Assembly: GCA_964573615.1 (NCBI GenBank)
Contig: CAZNKD010000008.1
Span: 12,026-76,025, forward strand
Source of the DNA: an uncultured Desulfobacterales bacterium
Lineage (GTDB): Bacteria > Desulfobacterota > Dissulfuribacteria > Dissulfuribacterales > QOAL01
DNA length: 64,000 bases
Direction: 5' to 3'
The number at the start of each line of letters is the position of its first letter. The stretch's first letter is position 1. The position numbers and the translations under genes were made by a program. This document shows, one piece after another, positions 42,726 to 53,184 of this stretch. The notes beneath the pieces were generated by a model that saw only the letters and a program-made list of their open reading frames with translations, had not been told where the DNA came from and made no database searches.

Positions 42726-45410
42726 TCATTCGTCCAGGCAGCGTCTTACCGCTGTTGCGAGCTGCTTGAGTGAATAGGGCTTTCTCAGATATATGGAAAC
42801 TCCAAGCCGCAACGCCTTTCGCATCCTGTCTGTCTCCGAATATCCGCTGGTTATCAGGGCCTTCTGGCCGGGGCACACCTCTATGATCCTTTGGTATGTC
42901 TCCAGCCCATCCATGCCGGGATCCATTATCATGTCCAGGATCACGAGATCGAAGCACCTCTTTTTACACAGCTCGACTGCCTCCTCACCGCTCTTTGCCA
43001 CCTCCACCCTGTAGCCCAGCCTGCCAAGTATGTCTGAGGCGACCTGCCTCTGCTGTTCTATGTCGTCTACCACCAGGATGGATTCTGAACCCTTCAGTTC
43101 TGTAAGATCCTCGTCTTCTGGCACATCTTTCGCCCTGCGATGGCTCACTGGCAGATAGATGTCGAACCTGGTCCCCTTGTCTGGCCAGCTCTTTACATCG
43201 ATATAGCCCTTGTGATCCTTTACCGTGCCCCAGACCACTGCCATCCCAAGGCCGGAGCCGCTCATCCCCATGGCCTTCTTGCTGTAGAAGGGCTCGAAGA
43301 TGTGGGGCAGGTCATCCGGTGATATTCCAGAACCATTGTCCTCTATGGTTATTCGTATGTACTCGCCCTTCTCCACGGTGTCATAGCCGCTTATGGGCCT
43401 GTCCAGGAATATGTTTTGGGTGCTTATCCGGATGGTTCCGTTTGCGACTATGGCCTCGGCGGCGTTGGTCACAAGATTCATTATCATCTTCATGAGATGG
43501 ACAGGGGAGCCCTCCACGTTCATGAGATCCGGGGCCAGATCGGTCTCGATACTCAAAGCCGGGTTGATGGCAAGCAGACGCTTGGCCTCTGGTGAGTCAA
43601 CATATTCTTTGATTATATCATTTATGTTTACCACGTTCTTTATATCCATGGTGCGCCGCGCAAGGGTCAGTAGATCCTGTACCACTGCAGAAGCCCTCTC
43701 GCCTGAGCTCTTGATTACTGAAAGCGGGCGTCTAAGCGGGCTATCCTCAGGAAGCTGCATGAGAAGCATGTCCGGATATGTGACGATGCCTGTCAGGATG
43801 TTGTTCAGATCATGGGCCACCCCGCCTGCCAGTGTTCCGAGGGCCTCCATCTTCTGAGCCCTCTGAAGCTTGAGCTCCAGGGCCTTTATCTCGCTGAGAT
43901 CGGCACCTATCAGGATGATCTTGTCGAGTTCACCTTCGGCATCGTGGCTCGGTGAGGCGGTGAAGAAGTAGGGAACACCGTCCACCATCCTCTCAAAGCC
44001 TATGGGGCTTTGGAACTTGTCGAGATCCAGGCCTATAAGTGCGCAGTTGCACTCTTCAGGCCTGTTTTGGCAGACCACTTCGTAGCAGTGTCTGCCCATT
44101 ACATCCTCGATCTTGCGTTTTTGGGTGATCTCAAGAAACCTATGGTTGCACTCCTGTATCCTGAGTTCCCTGTCCAGAATGAAGGCAGGCCCGCCAATTG
44201 CCTTGAAGATCGCCTCCCACTGCCTGCGTGCCTCCTTTATCTTACGCTCCCTCATCATGAGCCTTGCAGACATGATCTTTAGCTGCCGGCCCAATATGTG
44301 TAACTCCTTGACCGAACTCTCAGGCACCTCGAATCGTTTCTCTCCGCGCCCCACCCCTGTAACAGAGTGGCTGAGCTGTATGAGGGGGTCTACGACCTGG
44401 CTCTTTATCCATTTGAGAGAGAAAAAGGCCAGGAACATATAGGCCAGGATAGAGCCGAGGAGGAGCAGAAAGAAGTTTCTCAGTGTAGAGTTGGCCTCGC
44501 CATTTATCTGTTCGTTTATGGTACCCACGGACTGGCGGCAGAGTTCCAGGTTGAGCGCCAGCTCATCGGCCATGGCCGCGGCCTTAGCGGCCTTGAGATA
44601 TGTGGACGACACGGCCTCCATGAGCCTTTTTCTCATCTGGTCGATTTTGATCAAGGGTGTTTCCAGGGCCTTGAGCTGGCTGTTTTTCTCTGGCAGGGCG
44701 GCCATGGCACTCTGGATCAGAAACTCTATGTCATCCATGTGTTCCGAGCATCTGTTTTCTCCCTTTTCCTGGACGGTTAATGTGCTTATGTAGTGCTCCA
44801 TGCAGGACTGGAGCTCCACAAGGGAGTTTTTGATGGCTGTAAGGTCGTTCAGTGCCTGGAAAAGAAAGATCCTTTCAGGGGCGTTGGTCTTTATGGAAAG
44901 GAGCTGTTGGGAGATGTCATCCTGAATCGCTTGGATCTGCTTGATCGTCTCTGAAAGCTTTTTGAAGAGCCGCTCTTTTAGGGCCAGGCTCTCCTTTCTC
45001 ACAGCAATGGCAGCTGTGCCTATGGATTCGAATCTCTCCACCAGCTGCCTGGTCTCTGTTATGGGCACAAGGAGTTCCATATTGTCCGATATCTCCGACA
45101 GTGTCTGCATGGCCACATTCAGGTTGGCCTTGGCATTGGTCAGCTCGCTGTTGAAGTAGTCGGATGCGACGGCAGCAGGTTTCATCTGTACCGTCTGTTC
45201 CTTGAGCTCCATTAAGGCCCCATAGATGTCCTCAAGGGCCCTTCCGAGTGGAAAGAGGATCTTCTGCTCGAGTTGTGTAACTTGGCTGACAGCGCGTCTT
45301 GCCTGGAGGTTGTTTATGACGGCAATGGACAGGAGTATAGCAAACGAGGCGATCAGGACGCCAAGGCCCTTCAGATATATCTCTCTGAGAGAGGATCTGT
45401 CCCTTCCCAT
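42726..45410 (-). CDS. Hybrid sensor histidine kinase (periplasmic sensor, HAMP, PAS, HisKA, HATPase, receiver)
   Basis: GVAHDLNNIL, NLVTNA, DNGSG, IFEPFYS, GSGLG, DLVILD receiver; start set at ATG 45410 because the ORF-track extension overlaps the upstream gene. Confidence 0.92.
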   Translation of the reverse strand: MGRDRSSLREIYLKGLGVLIASFAILLSIAVINNLQARRAVSQVTQLEQKILFPLGRALEDIYGALMELKEQTVQMKPAAVASDYFNSELTNAKANLNVAMQTLSEISDNMELLVPITETRQLVERFESIGTAAIAVRKESLALKERLFKKLSETIKQIQAIQDDISQQLLSIKTNAPERIFLFQALNDLTAIKNSLVELQSCMEHYISTLTVQEKGENRCSEHMDDIEFLIQSAMAALPEKNSQLKALETPLIKIDQMRKRLMEAVSSTYLKAAKAAAMADELALNLELCRQSVGTINEQINGEANSTLRNFFLLLLGSILAYMFLAFFSLKWIKSQVVDPLIQLSHSVTGVGRGEKRFEVPESSVKELHILGRQLKIMSARLMMRERKIKEARRQWEAIFKAIGGPAFILDRELRIQECNHRFLEITQKRKIEDVMGRHCYEVVCQNRPEECNCALIGLDLDKFQSPIGFERMVDGVPYFFTASPSHDAEGELDKIILIGADLSEIKALELKLQRAQKMEALGTLAGGVAHDLNNILTGIVTYPDMLLMQLPEDSPLRRPLSVIKSSGERASAVVQDLLTLARRTMDIKNVVNINDIIKEYVDSPEAKRLLAINPALSIETDLAPDLMNVEGSPVHLMKMIMNLVTNAAEAIVANGTIRISTQNIFLDRPISGYDTVEKGEYIRITIEDNGSGISPDDLPHIFEPFYSKKAMGMSGSGLGMAVVWGTVKDHKGYIDVKSWPDKGTRFDIYLPVSHRRAKDVPEDEDLTELKGSESILVVDDIEQQRQVASDILGRLGYRVEVAKSGEEAVELCKKRCFDLVILDMIMDPGMDGLETYQRIIEVCPGQKALITSGYSETDRMRKALRLGVSIYLRKPYSLKQLATAVRRCLDE

Positions 45411-45427
45411 CTGCTCTTTGCTTTTTT

Positions 45428-46501
45428 CTACTCCTCTTCTCCGGTAGCCCCGTTTAGAGAGTTGATGAACGGGGAGTCGTAGAAGGTGGTCCCCTCCAAG
45501 ATATAGGTAGGAATCCTTATGCCTAGCACCTTTGCCCTGCTCCTGTTGATCACCCTGATGCCTCTGGTGGTGCGGGTGATGGGGATCTGGGCCGGGGGGG
45601 TGCCCTTCAGGATCTTTATGGCCATCTCTGCCGCATCCGTGCCATGGATGAAGCCATCTATCGCAACAGAGCACAAGAGCCCATTTTTGACACTGTCCTT
45701 GGTGTTGGTGGCATCCGGCAGCCTGCTGTGCTTTACGAGCCACTTGACCACATCGAGAATGGGGACATGCCTGCCTCTTTCATCCTTCAGGGTGTAGTAG
45801 GTGATGAGGTAGATGGCATCCACCTCGGACTGGAACCTCTTTATGAGTCCTTTCCATTCGCGGTAGGAGTTGGTGTTGTAGTAGCCTATTACCTGGAGTC
45901 CTGCCTCCTTCATGGCCTCCTTTATTCGCCTGGTGACTATCCTCCCTGTGGGGCTGTCATCGTTTATGACCGCTATCCTTTCAACAGAGGGATCGAGTCT
46001 TTTGAGCAGGGCCATGGTCAACCTGATATGGTTTCTCTCCAGCACTCCGGTGATATTGGGGGTTGGATAACCGTACTCTTCAGGATCTGCATTCACTCCA
46101 AGAAAGACCACCGGGGTCCCTGCCTTGTCCTTTAGATATGGAACTACGAAATATTTCTGGGCGTTGTCGTCGCAGGCAAATACGAGATCCGGGCGCCATT
46201 TCCTGTATTTCTGAAAGGCCCGGGCCGCCATGGTTTGGGCCATCTCAGGCCTCCTTTTTGTGTCCAGATAGAAGTGTTTGATCTGGACTTCCTGGCCCAG
46301 GCTGCTCTGGCTAAAGCGCATGAGAATGCCCTGGGTGTACTCGGAGACCCAGGGCATCTCCTTGTGATAGGAGTGGACTATAAGGATCTTTATCCCCTTT
46401 CCACTCTGGCTCGCGCCCTTGGCTACAGGCTGGGCCGAAACGGAAACAGGCAGAAAGAAGAGAGAAACGGCCAGAAAGAGTATCAAACAGTGGCTTTTCA
46501 T
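45428..46501 (-). CDS. Secreted ABC substrate-binding-like sensory protein
   Basis: Signal peptide, ILIVHSYH, VFACDDNA, VVFLGVN, ITGVLE, KILKGTPP...IPI. Confidence 0.75.
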   Translation of the reverse strand: MKSHCLILFLAVSLFFLPVSVSAQPVAKGASQSGKGIKILIVHSYHKEMPWVSEYTQGILMRFSQSSLGQEVQIKHFYLDTKRRPEMAQTMAARAFQKYRKWRPDLVFACDDNAQKYFVVPYLKDKAGTPVVFLGVNADPEEYGYPTPNITGVLERNHIRLTMALLKRLDPSVERIAVINDDSPTGRIVTRRIKEAMKEAGLQVIGYYNTNSYREWKGLIKRFQSEVDAIYLITYYTLKDERGRHVPILDVVKWLVKHSRLPDATNTKDSVKNGLLCSVAIDGFIHGTDAAEMAIKILKGTPPAQIPITRTTRGIRVINRSRAKVLGIRIPTYILEGTTFYDSPFINSLNGATGEEE

Positions 46502-46759
46502 TATCAGTTTTTCTCCGAAAGCGGCGAGTTTCCTTGAACGGATACCACTTTATAGCACAAAAGGAGGGTCATGTAAGGGCTAGTGGCCTTTTTTACACCC
46601 CTCTTTTTTCCGTATTTTTAGAGGGCACAGAGGCGATATCTGCCGGTGTCGCCTTGTTGCCCAGGGCCCCTAAACGTGTTAGCTTGGCCTCGTATCTGTT
46701 GTTCTTATCGTTTTTTGTGACAACTATCGAAAAAACAGCTGCATCAGGAGTTTCAGGGT

Positions 46760-48190
46760 ATGGATTTCGAGGCCGTAATCGGGCTGGAGGTACACGTTCA
46801 GCTCCAGACCGACAGCAAGATATTCTGTTCCTGCTCAACCAAATTCGGAGCTGCCCCAAATAGCCACACCTGTCCTGTATGCCTGGGTATGCCTGGGGTC
46901 CTGCCTGTTCTCAACAAGAAGGTGGTGGAATATGCCCTGAAGATGGCCCTGGCAACCAACTGTGAGATCCCGCCCATGAACAGGTTTGCCCGGAAACACT
47001 ACTTCTATCCCGATCTCCCCAAGGGTTATCAGATCTCCCAGTACGAGCTGCCCTTGGCCGAACATGGTTGGATCGAGGTTGAGACCGAGGGGGGCAGGCG
47101 CAGAATCGGGATAAACAGGATCCATCTGGAAGACGATGCCGGAAAGCTGGTCCATGACGAGCACAGACCGGTGAGCTTCGTGGACCTGAACAGGACCGGC
47201 ACCCCTCTTATCGAGATCGTCAGCGAGCCGGATATCAGGAGCCCGGAGGAGGCTTCGGCCTATCTCAAGAAGATCAGGCAGCTTGTGCGCTATCTCGGTA
47301 TCAGTGACGGAAACATGGAGGAGGCGAGTCTGAGGTGTGATGCCAATATCTCCTTGAGGCCAAAGGGCAGCGAGGAGTTCGGTACCAAGGCGGAGCTCAA
47401 GAACATGAACTCCTTCAAGCACGTACAGGCCGCCCTCGAGTATGAGATCAGAAGGCAGGCGGCCCTGCTGCTCGACGGCCAGGAGGTGGTGCAGGAGACC
47501 AGGCTCTGGGATGCTGCAAAAGGGGTCACTCACTCCATGAGGGGCAAGGAAGAGGCCCATGACTACCGCTATTTCCCTGACCCTGATCTCATGCCGGTCC
47601 ATATTGACGAGGAGTGGCTCCGTGAGGTGAGGAACTCCCTTCCCGAACTGCCTGAGGCAAGACGCAAGCGTTTCATGCAGGAGTACGGATTGGGCGAATA
47701 CGATGCAGAGGTGCTCACTGCCTCAAGGGATGTGGCCGACTATTTCGAGGCGGTGGTGCGGCTCTTTCCCAAGCCCAAGACCGTGGCCAACTGGGTCATG
47801 GTGGAGCTCATGCGCCTGCTCAAGCAGGCGGACATGGCCATCGGTGAGATAAAGGTGAGCCCTGAGCGCTTGGCTGAGCTGTTGAAGCTCATGGACAAGG
47901 GGGTTATCAGCAACAAGATCGCCAAGAAGATCCTGGAAGAGGTCTTCGATACAGGCAAGGCCCCGGCCGAGATAGTGGAGGAAAAGGGGCTTGCCCAGGT
48001 GAGCGACACCTCTGAGCTCAAGGCCATCGTGGAGAGGGTGATAGATGAGAATCCCAAGGAGGTGGAGAAGTACAGGGCCGGAAAGAAGAAGGTCCTGGGC
48101 TTTTTGATGGGACAGGTGATGCGGGCCACCAAGGGCAAGGCCAATCCCCAGACGGCCAATGAGCTGCTGCGGAAGCTGCTGGACGGGTAA
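46760..48190 (+). CDS. gatB: Asp/Glu-tRNA amidotransferase subunit B
   Basis: [48 protein letters not shown]. Confidence 0.98.
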   Translation: MDFEAVIGLEVHVQLQTDSKIFCSCSTKFGAAPNSHTCPVCLGMPGVLPVLNKKVVEYALKMALATNCEIPPMNRFARKHYFYPDLPKGYQISQYELPLAEHGWIEVETEGGRRRIGINRIHLEDDAGKLVHDEHRPVSFVDLNRTGTPLIEIVSEPDIRSPEEASAYLKKIRQLVRYLGISDGNMEEASLRCDANISLRPKGSEEFGTKAELKNMNSFKHVQAALEYEIRRQAALLLDGQEVVQETRLWDAAKGVTHSMRGKEEAHDYRYFPDPDLMPVHIDEEWLREVRNSLPELPEARRKRFMQEYGLGEYDAEVLTASRDVADYFEAVVRLFPKPKTVANWVMVELMRLLKQADMAIGEIKVSPERLAELLKLMDKGVISNKIAKKILEEVFDTGKAPAEIVEEKGLAQVSDTSELKAIVERVIDENPKEVEKYRAGKKKVLGFLMGQVMRATKGKANPQTANELLRKLLDG

Positions 48191-48210
48191 CGGGCGAGAG
48201 GAGGCGATGC

Positions 48211-49278
48211 ATGGACAGGGTCCGTAACCTGCTTGAACAGGCAGGCAGCTCCATATGCCCCATCTCGTGGGAGACAGGAAGGCTTTCGCTTCTGGATCAG
48301 CGGCTTCTGCCCTGGCAGACCAAGTGGCTTGTGTGTGAGAACTACCTCGAGACAGCCCAGGCGATAACCGACATGGTGGTTCGTGGTGCTCCTGCCATAG
48401 GCATCACTGCCGCCTTCGGGATGGTCTTGGCAGCCATGGAGGCCGAGGAGAAGGGCTGGGATCTGGGAAGGACCCTCGATGAGGCGGGCCGTGAGCTCAT
48501 GGCCGCCAGACCTACTGCCGTAAATCTCAAGTGGGCTGTCGAGAGGATGCTCGAGTTCTTCCGCTCCGAACCCGGCATCAAGGTGCCGGAGCTGGAGTCC
48601 GAGGCCTTCGAGATCTGGCTTGAGGATATCAGGGCCAATATCGAGATGGGCCGGCTCGGAGGCGAGCTCCTGCCGGATGAGGGCGGTGTGCTCACCCACT
48701 GCAATGCCGGGGCCTTGGCCACTGGCGGCTATGGAACGGCCCTGGGTGTGATTCGAGGTGCCGTGGCTGCCGGCAAGCAGATCACCGTCTATGCCGATGA
48801 GACCAGGCCGTGGCTCCAGGGCGCACGGCTCACCACCTGGGAACTGATGCAGGACTCCATACCAGTACTCCTCAATGTGGACAATGCCGCGGGCTATCTC
48901 ATGCGAAAGGGGCGTATCCAGGCCGTGGTGGTGGGCTCTGACAGGATAGCTGCCAACGGGGATGTGGCAAACAAGATCGGCACCTACAACGTGGCCGTCT
49001 TGGCAAAAGAGCACGAGATCCCCTTCTTTGTGGCTGCCCCCACCTCCACCATAGATCTGGATATGGCCTCCGGCGATCTCATTCCGGTGGAGGAGCGCTC
49101 TGCCGAGGAGGTTGTGGAGGTGTTTGGAAGACGATTTGCCCCAGAGGGTGCCCGGGCAGTCAACCCCGTCTTCGATGTGACGCCTGCCGAGCTGGTATCT
49201 GCAATCATCACAGAGAAGGGGGTCCTGGTTCCTCCTTATGATGCTGCCATCAGATCGATCCTTCGCCCAGGGGCTTGA
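48211..49278 (+). CDS. mtnA: S-methyl-5-thioribose-1-phosphate isomerase
   Basis: MVVRGAPAIG, RPTAVNL, THCNAGALATGGYGTA, ETRPWLQGARLT, ANKIGTY. Confidence 0.95.
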   Translation: MDRVRNLLEQAGSSICPISWETGRLSLLDQRLLPWQTKWLVCENYLETAQAITDMVVRGAPAIGITAAFGMVLAAMEAEEKGWDLGRTLDEAGRELMAARPTAVNLKWAVERMLEFFRSEPGIKVPELESEAFEIWLEDIRANIEMGRLGGELLPDEGGVLTHCNAGALATGGYGTALGVIRGAVAAGKQITVYADETRPWLQGARLTTWELMQDSIPVLLNVDNAAGYLMRKGRIQAVVVGSDRIAANGDVANKIGTYNVAVLAKEHEIPFFVAAPTSTIDLDMASGDLIPVEERSAEEVVEVFGRRFAPEGARAVNPVFDVTPAELVSAIITEKGVLVPPYDAAIRSILRPGA

Positions 49279-50203
49279 CAGTCTCGTAAGGGCGGCTGCC
49301 GATCTCTTCGAGGCCCATACAGCAGCGCTCTTCCTGGCAAGTGGCGGGTCAGAGCCGCTGTTGTGCCTGCGGGCCTTTCACTCCCTGAGCGATCTCGTCA
49401 TCCCGGATGCATGTCTGGAAGAGGGCCAGGGCCTTATCGGCTGGGTCTACAGGGAACAGAAACCCCTCCATGTCACCAGGTTCGACAACGATTCGGTCAC
49501 CTTGGGGCTCTATTGTCAGGATGCGGGCATAAAGGCCATGCTGGCAGTGCCGTTGCCCGAACGCTTGGGCGTTCTGGTCCTGGACAGCAGGAACAGATAT
49601 CAGTTTCCAGACAAGACGAGACGAATTGCCCTGGATCTTGCCCGGCTCGCCTGCGATCTCATCGCTTCCAAACGCTCGGCATACCAGGCCTGGCTCTACA
49701 GACAGATTCTGGACTGGCAGCGCCGGTGGCTTGGGACATGGGCCGTGGAGGGCCTTTGCCAGCTCATGGGCATACTCGATATGGAGATATTCGTTAAGGT
49801 TCAGTCCTTTGCAGGCGGCAGATACTACCGGATGAAGGAGGCGATCGACCGTCATGGGGCCGTGCTCAGGGAGCCGCTCAGGAGGTTTGGCGGCAAGGTC
49901 TCTGTGGAGAAGGGGCTTGCAGGTTGGATATTGCGCCATGAAAGAGAGATCCTCCTGGACAGGTTTGGGCGCCAAAGGCTTGTGAGCCATCTGGTGGAGC
50001 CGGATGATGGCCTTGACAAAGGGAGCGTGGTGCTCGGGTTGTATATGGACAAGAAGGGCCATGGTGATAGGAATGTGGTGGGTATCTCAGGGCCTGAGGC
50101 CGTGATATTCAGGGGAGAGACAGACATAACCTTGTGGCCCAGGGATATGCCAGCTATCATCAGGCATCAGCTTGAGCTCATGGGTTATGGTGCAGGAGAA
50201 TAG
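49238..50203 (+). CDS. GAF-domain protein, no output domain recognised
   Basis: GQGLIGWV, AMLAVPL, GVLVLDS GAF pattern plus a second degenerate KGLAGWI; start uncertain (overlaps mtnA end). Confidence 0.7.
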   Translation: MMLPSDRSFAQGLDSLVRAAADLFEAHTAALFLASGGSEPLLCLRAFHSLSDLVIPDACLEEGQGLIGWVYREQKPLHVTRFDNDSVTLGLYCQDAGIKAMLAVPLPERLGVLVLDSRNRYQFPDKTRRIALDLARLACDLIASKRSAYQAWLYRQILDWQRRWLGTWAVEGLCQLMGILDMEIFVKVQSFAGGRYYRMKEAIDRHGAVLREPLRRFGGKVSVEKGLAGWILRHEREILLDRFGRQRLVSHLVEPDDGLDKGSVVLGLYMDKKGHGDRNVVGISGPEAVIFRGETDITLWPRDMPAIIRHQLELMGYGAGE

Positions 50204-50206
50204 ACC

Positions 50207-51232
50207 TTGGTGTTCGGTCTCATAAGAAAAAAGATCCGCCAGGACCTTGCAATGGATCTTGGTACGGCAAATACCCTCGTCTATCTCCAGGGAGAGGGGA
50301 TCGTCCTCGACGAGGCCACTGTAATCGCCTTCGACGAGTATGGCGAAGTGGTGAGGTTTGGGGCCAGGGCAAAGGAGTTCCTGGGCAAGAATCCCCCTGA
50401 GCTAAAGATCCTGAGGCCCATGAAAGATGGTGTAATAGAGGATTTCCAGGCAGTCACAGAGTTTATCAAGAGCTGTCTTGCCTCTGCACGCAGGGGGCGC
50501 ACCCTGGTATCTCCCAGGGTCGTGGTCTGTGTCCCCTCACAGATAACCCAGATAGAGAAGAAGGCGGTCCTGGATGCCGTCAGAGGGGCGGGCTTTGAAA
50601 AGGTCTATCTCCTCGACGAGGTGATGGCTGCTGCTGCCGGGTGCGGAGTGGATCTGTTTGGAAGCCGTCCTGCCATGGTGGTGGACATAGGTGGAGGGAC
50701 CACGGAGGTGGCCGTTATCTCAGAGCTTGCATATCTCTACTGCGATTCCAAGAGGGTTGCAGGCACCGAGCTCGATGAGGCCATAGAGGCATGGCTCAAA
50801 GATGAATATGGCCTCTGGGTCGGCCCAAACAGTGCTGAACGCCTGAAGTGGGATTTCGGTGCCGCCTCTGTCCGTGATCTGCCGGCAAGAAAGACCGAGG
50901 TTTACGGAAAGGATCTGATCACCAGACAGCCGGCTCGCTGCACAGTGGAGCTTGAAGGGCTGGTGGAGGCCATCTCTCCTGTGATCTCATCCATTTCAGA
51001 GGTCATAAGAGATGCCCTTTTCGCCCTGGACGAGCAGACAAGGCGTGCCATATCCGGCCCGGGGATATGGCTCACTGGCGGGTGCAGCCTGCTCAGGGGG
51101 CTGCCGGATTATCTAGGGCATAGGACAGGCATAACCTTCAGGGTCCCCGCCTCTCCCCTCACCACGGTAGTGGAGGGGGCAGGGCGGGCGATGGAGGATT
51201 TTGGCAGCTTCAGGCCGCTTTTTGCCAACTGA
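50207..51232 (+). CDS. MreB/Mbl-family actin-like protein (paralog)
   Basis: MDLGTANT, RPMKDGVIED, VVCVPS, VVDIGGGTTEVAVIS, LTGG. Confidence 0.88.
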   Translation: MVFGLIRKKIRQDLAMDLGTANTLVYLQGEGIVLDEATVIAFDEYGEVVRFGARAKEFLGKNPPELKILRPMKDGVIEDFQAVTEFIKSCLASARRGRTLVSPRVVVCVPSQITQIEKKAVLDAVRGAGFEKVYLLDEVMAAAAGCGVDLFGSRPAMVVDIGGGTTEVAVISELAYLYCDSKRVAGTELDEAIEAWLKDEYGLWVGPNSAERLKWDFGAASVRDLPARKTEVYGKDLITRQPARCTVELEGLVEAISPVISSISEVIRDALFALDEQTRRAISGPGIWLTGGCSLLRGLPDYLGHRTGITFRVPASPLTTVVEGAGRAMEDFGSFRPLFAN

Positions 51233-51249
51233 TCGAGGAGAAGAGAGAA

Positions 51250-52203
51250 TTGGCGCAAGAAGGGATAGATGTCTCAGTAGTCATTCCCATCTACAATGAG
51301 CGGGAGAATATAGAGGAGCTCCTTCAAAGGGTCCTCAAGGTGCTTCGATCCATGGGCAGGGGCTTCGAGGTGCTCGCTGTGGATGACGGAAGCAGCGATG
51401 GCACAACCGATCTCCTGATCCGGATAGCGAGGCGTGAGCCAGAGGTGAGGGCCATCGTATTCAGGCGCAACTTTGGCCAGAGTGCCGCCATGACCGCCGG
51501 TTTTCAGCAGGCCAGGGGGGATATAGTCGTATCCATGGATGGAGACCTTCAGAACGACCCGGACGATATCCCCAGGCTGATAGCCAAGCTGGAAGAGGGC
51601 TATGACGTAGTGAGCGGCTGGAGGAAGGAGCGCCAGGATGCCTTTCTCTCAAGGAGGCTTCCCTCCCGGATAGCCAACTGGATAATCGGGAAGGCCACAG
51701 GGGTTAGGCTCCATGATTATGGCTGCTCCCTCAAGGCCTACAGGAGCGACATCACAAGAGATCTCATACTATACGGTGAACTCCACCGGTTCATCCCTGT
51801 GCTTGCCAGCCTGAAGGGTGCCCGTTTTGCAGAGATAGTCGTGAAACACCATCCTCGTACCAGGGGAAAGAGCAAATATGGCATTGGACGCACCTTCCGG
51901 GTGATCCTTGACCTGCTCCTCATGCTCTTCTTCCAGAAGTTCGCCACCAGACCCTTGCAGCTCTTTGGCCTGACCGGGGGAGGGATGTTCTTGGCAGGCC
52001 TTTTTATTGAGCTGTATCTGACGTTTCTCAAGCTGTTCATGGGTCAGCAGATCGGCAACCGTCCGCTCCTGTTTCTTGGAATGCTCCTCATCATCACCGG
52101 TATAATGCTCCTGGGGATAGGGCTGCTGGCCGAGCTCGTTATTCGTACCTATTACGAATCCAGTGGAAAACATATATACGCCATACGGGAAATCGTGGAA
52201 TGA
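51250..52203 (+). CDS. GT2 polyprenol-phosphate glycosyltransferase (ArnC/DPM-like)
   Basis: SVVIPIYNE, VDDGSSD, RNFGQSAA, DGDLQNDP, LHRFIP, two C-terminal TM. Confidence 0.9.
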   Translation: MAQEGIDVSVVIPIYNERENIEELLQRVLKVLRSMGRGFEVLAVDDGSSDGTTDLLIRIARREPEVRAIVFRRNFGQSAAMTAGFQQARGDIVVSMDGDLQNDPDDIPRLIAKLEEGYDVVSGWRKERQDAFLSRRLPSRIANWIIGKATGVRLHDYGCSLKAYRSDITRDLILYGELHRFIPVLASLKGARFAEIVVKHHPRTRGKSKYGIGRTFRVILDLLLMLFFQKFATRPLQLFGLTGGGMFLAGLFIELYLTFLKLFMGQQIGNRPLLFLGMLLIITGIMLLGIGLLAELVIRTYYESSGKHIYAIREIVE

Positions 52204-53183
52204 GGTGGGCCAAGGGCGCTTTGAAGCTTCTGTTGCGCCTGGGCGTCAGCCTGGGCCTGCTGGCCTGGCTCCTGAGCCGCACGGATGCAGGCAGGATAGC
52301 GGAATCGTTTCTCGGGATGCCCGTATGGGCCTGGGCCTCTGCCTTTGGCCTCTATCTCTTTTCCCAGCTGCTCAGCAGCATCAGGTGGTACATCCTATCA
52401 AGGGCACTCGACTTTGCAGGAAGGTTCATCACCTATCTCAAATACTATTTCATCGGGATGTTCTTCAACCTCTTCCTGCCAACGAGCATAGGCGGGGACG
52501 TGATAAAGATCTGGTTCCTTGCAAGGAGAAGGCCGCTAAAGCTGAAGGCCAGCTACTCCATCCTGGCAGACAGGATGTTCGGTTTCTATGCCATGTTCTT
52601 GATCGCCCTTTGCGCCGTCACCCTTGAGCCAATGCTGATGCCAGCCTATTTTGCCCATCTCATAAGGGCTGCGGCCATCTCCATGACCATCGGGCTTGTG
52701 GCCTTTCCCCTGGTATCCCACAGCCTGGACAGGATGCTTAAGGCGGCAGGCATGCCCTCTCCTGCCATCCTGACATCACGATCCCTCCTCGCCTTCTGGC
52801 ACAGGCCGAGCTCCATGGCACTTGCCATAGTGCTCTCGGTGATGCTGCAGCTTGCGGGTATGAGTGCCGTGGCCATCCTGGCCCGTGGGCTTGGGATAGA
52901 TGTGGATCCCCTGTTCTATTTTGCGGCCTTCCCCCTGGTGGCAGTGATCACCGTGCTTCCCATCTCAATGAGCGGATTTGGGGTGCGAGAGGGCGGATTC
53001 GTCTTCTTCCTGGGCCTGAAAGGGGTGAGTGCCGCACCTGCCATCACCCTGAGCCTGAGCTTCTATGCGGTACAGGCCGCTGCCGCGCTGATTGGCGGGA
53101 TCGGGTATCTGGCAGGCATGCACAAGGAGGAGCTACCCTCCCCTGAAGAGCTGGCCCATGCCGATGATGGAGGCCAGGGATAG
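52200..53183 (+). CDS. Lysylphosphatidylglycerol synthase TM-region (UPF0104) flippase-like membrane protein
   Basis: RW..L, FIGMFFNLFLPTSIGGDV, ADR, PISMSGFGVRE. Confidence 0.82.
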   Translation: MRWAKGALKLLLRLGVSLGLLAWLLSRTDAGRIAESFLGMPVWAWASAFGLYLFSQLLSSIRWYILSRALDFAGRFITYLKYYFIGMFFNLFLPTSIGGDVIKIWFLARRRPLKLKASYSILADRMFGFYAMFLIALCAVTLEPMLMPAYFAHLIRAAAISMTIGLVAFPLVSHSLDRMLKAAGMPSPAILTSRSLLAFWHRPSSMALAIVLSVMLQLAGMSAVAILARGLGIDVDPLFYFAAFPLVAVITVLPISMSGFGVREGGFVFFLGLKGVSAAPAITLSLSFYAVQAAAALIGGIGYLAGMHKEELPSPEELAHADDGGQG

Positions 53184-53184
53184 G

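Noticed and set aside
45411-45743. N-terminal extension of the 1005-aa kinase ORF
   Set aside because: Overlaps the upstream SBP gene in another frame and is not protein-like; ATG 45410 precedes the first TM helix
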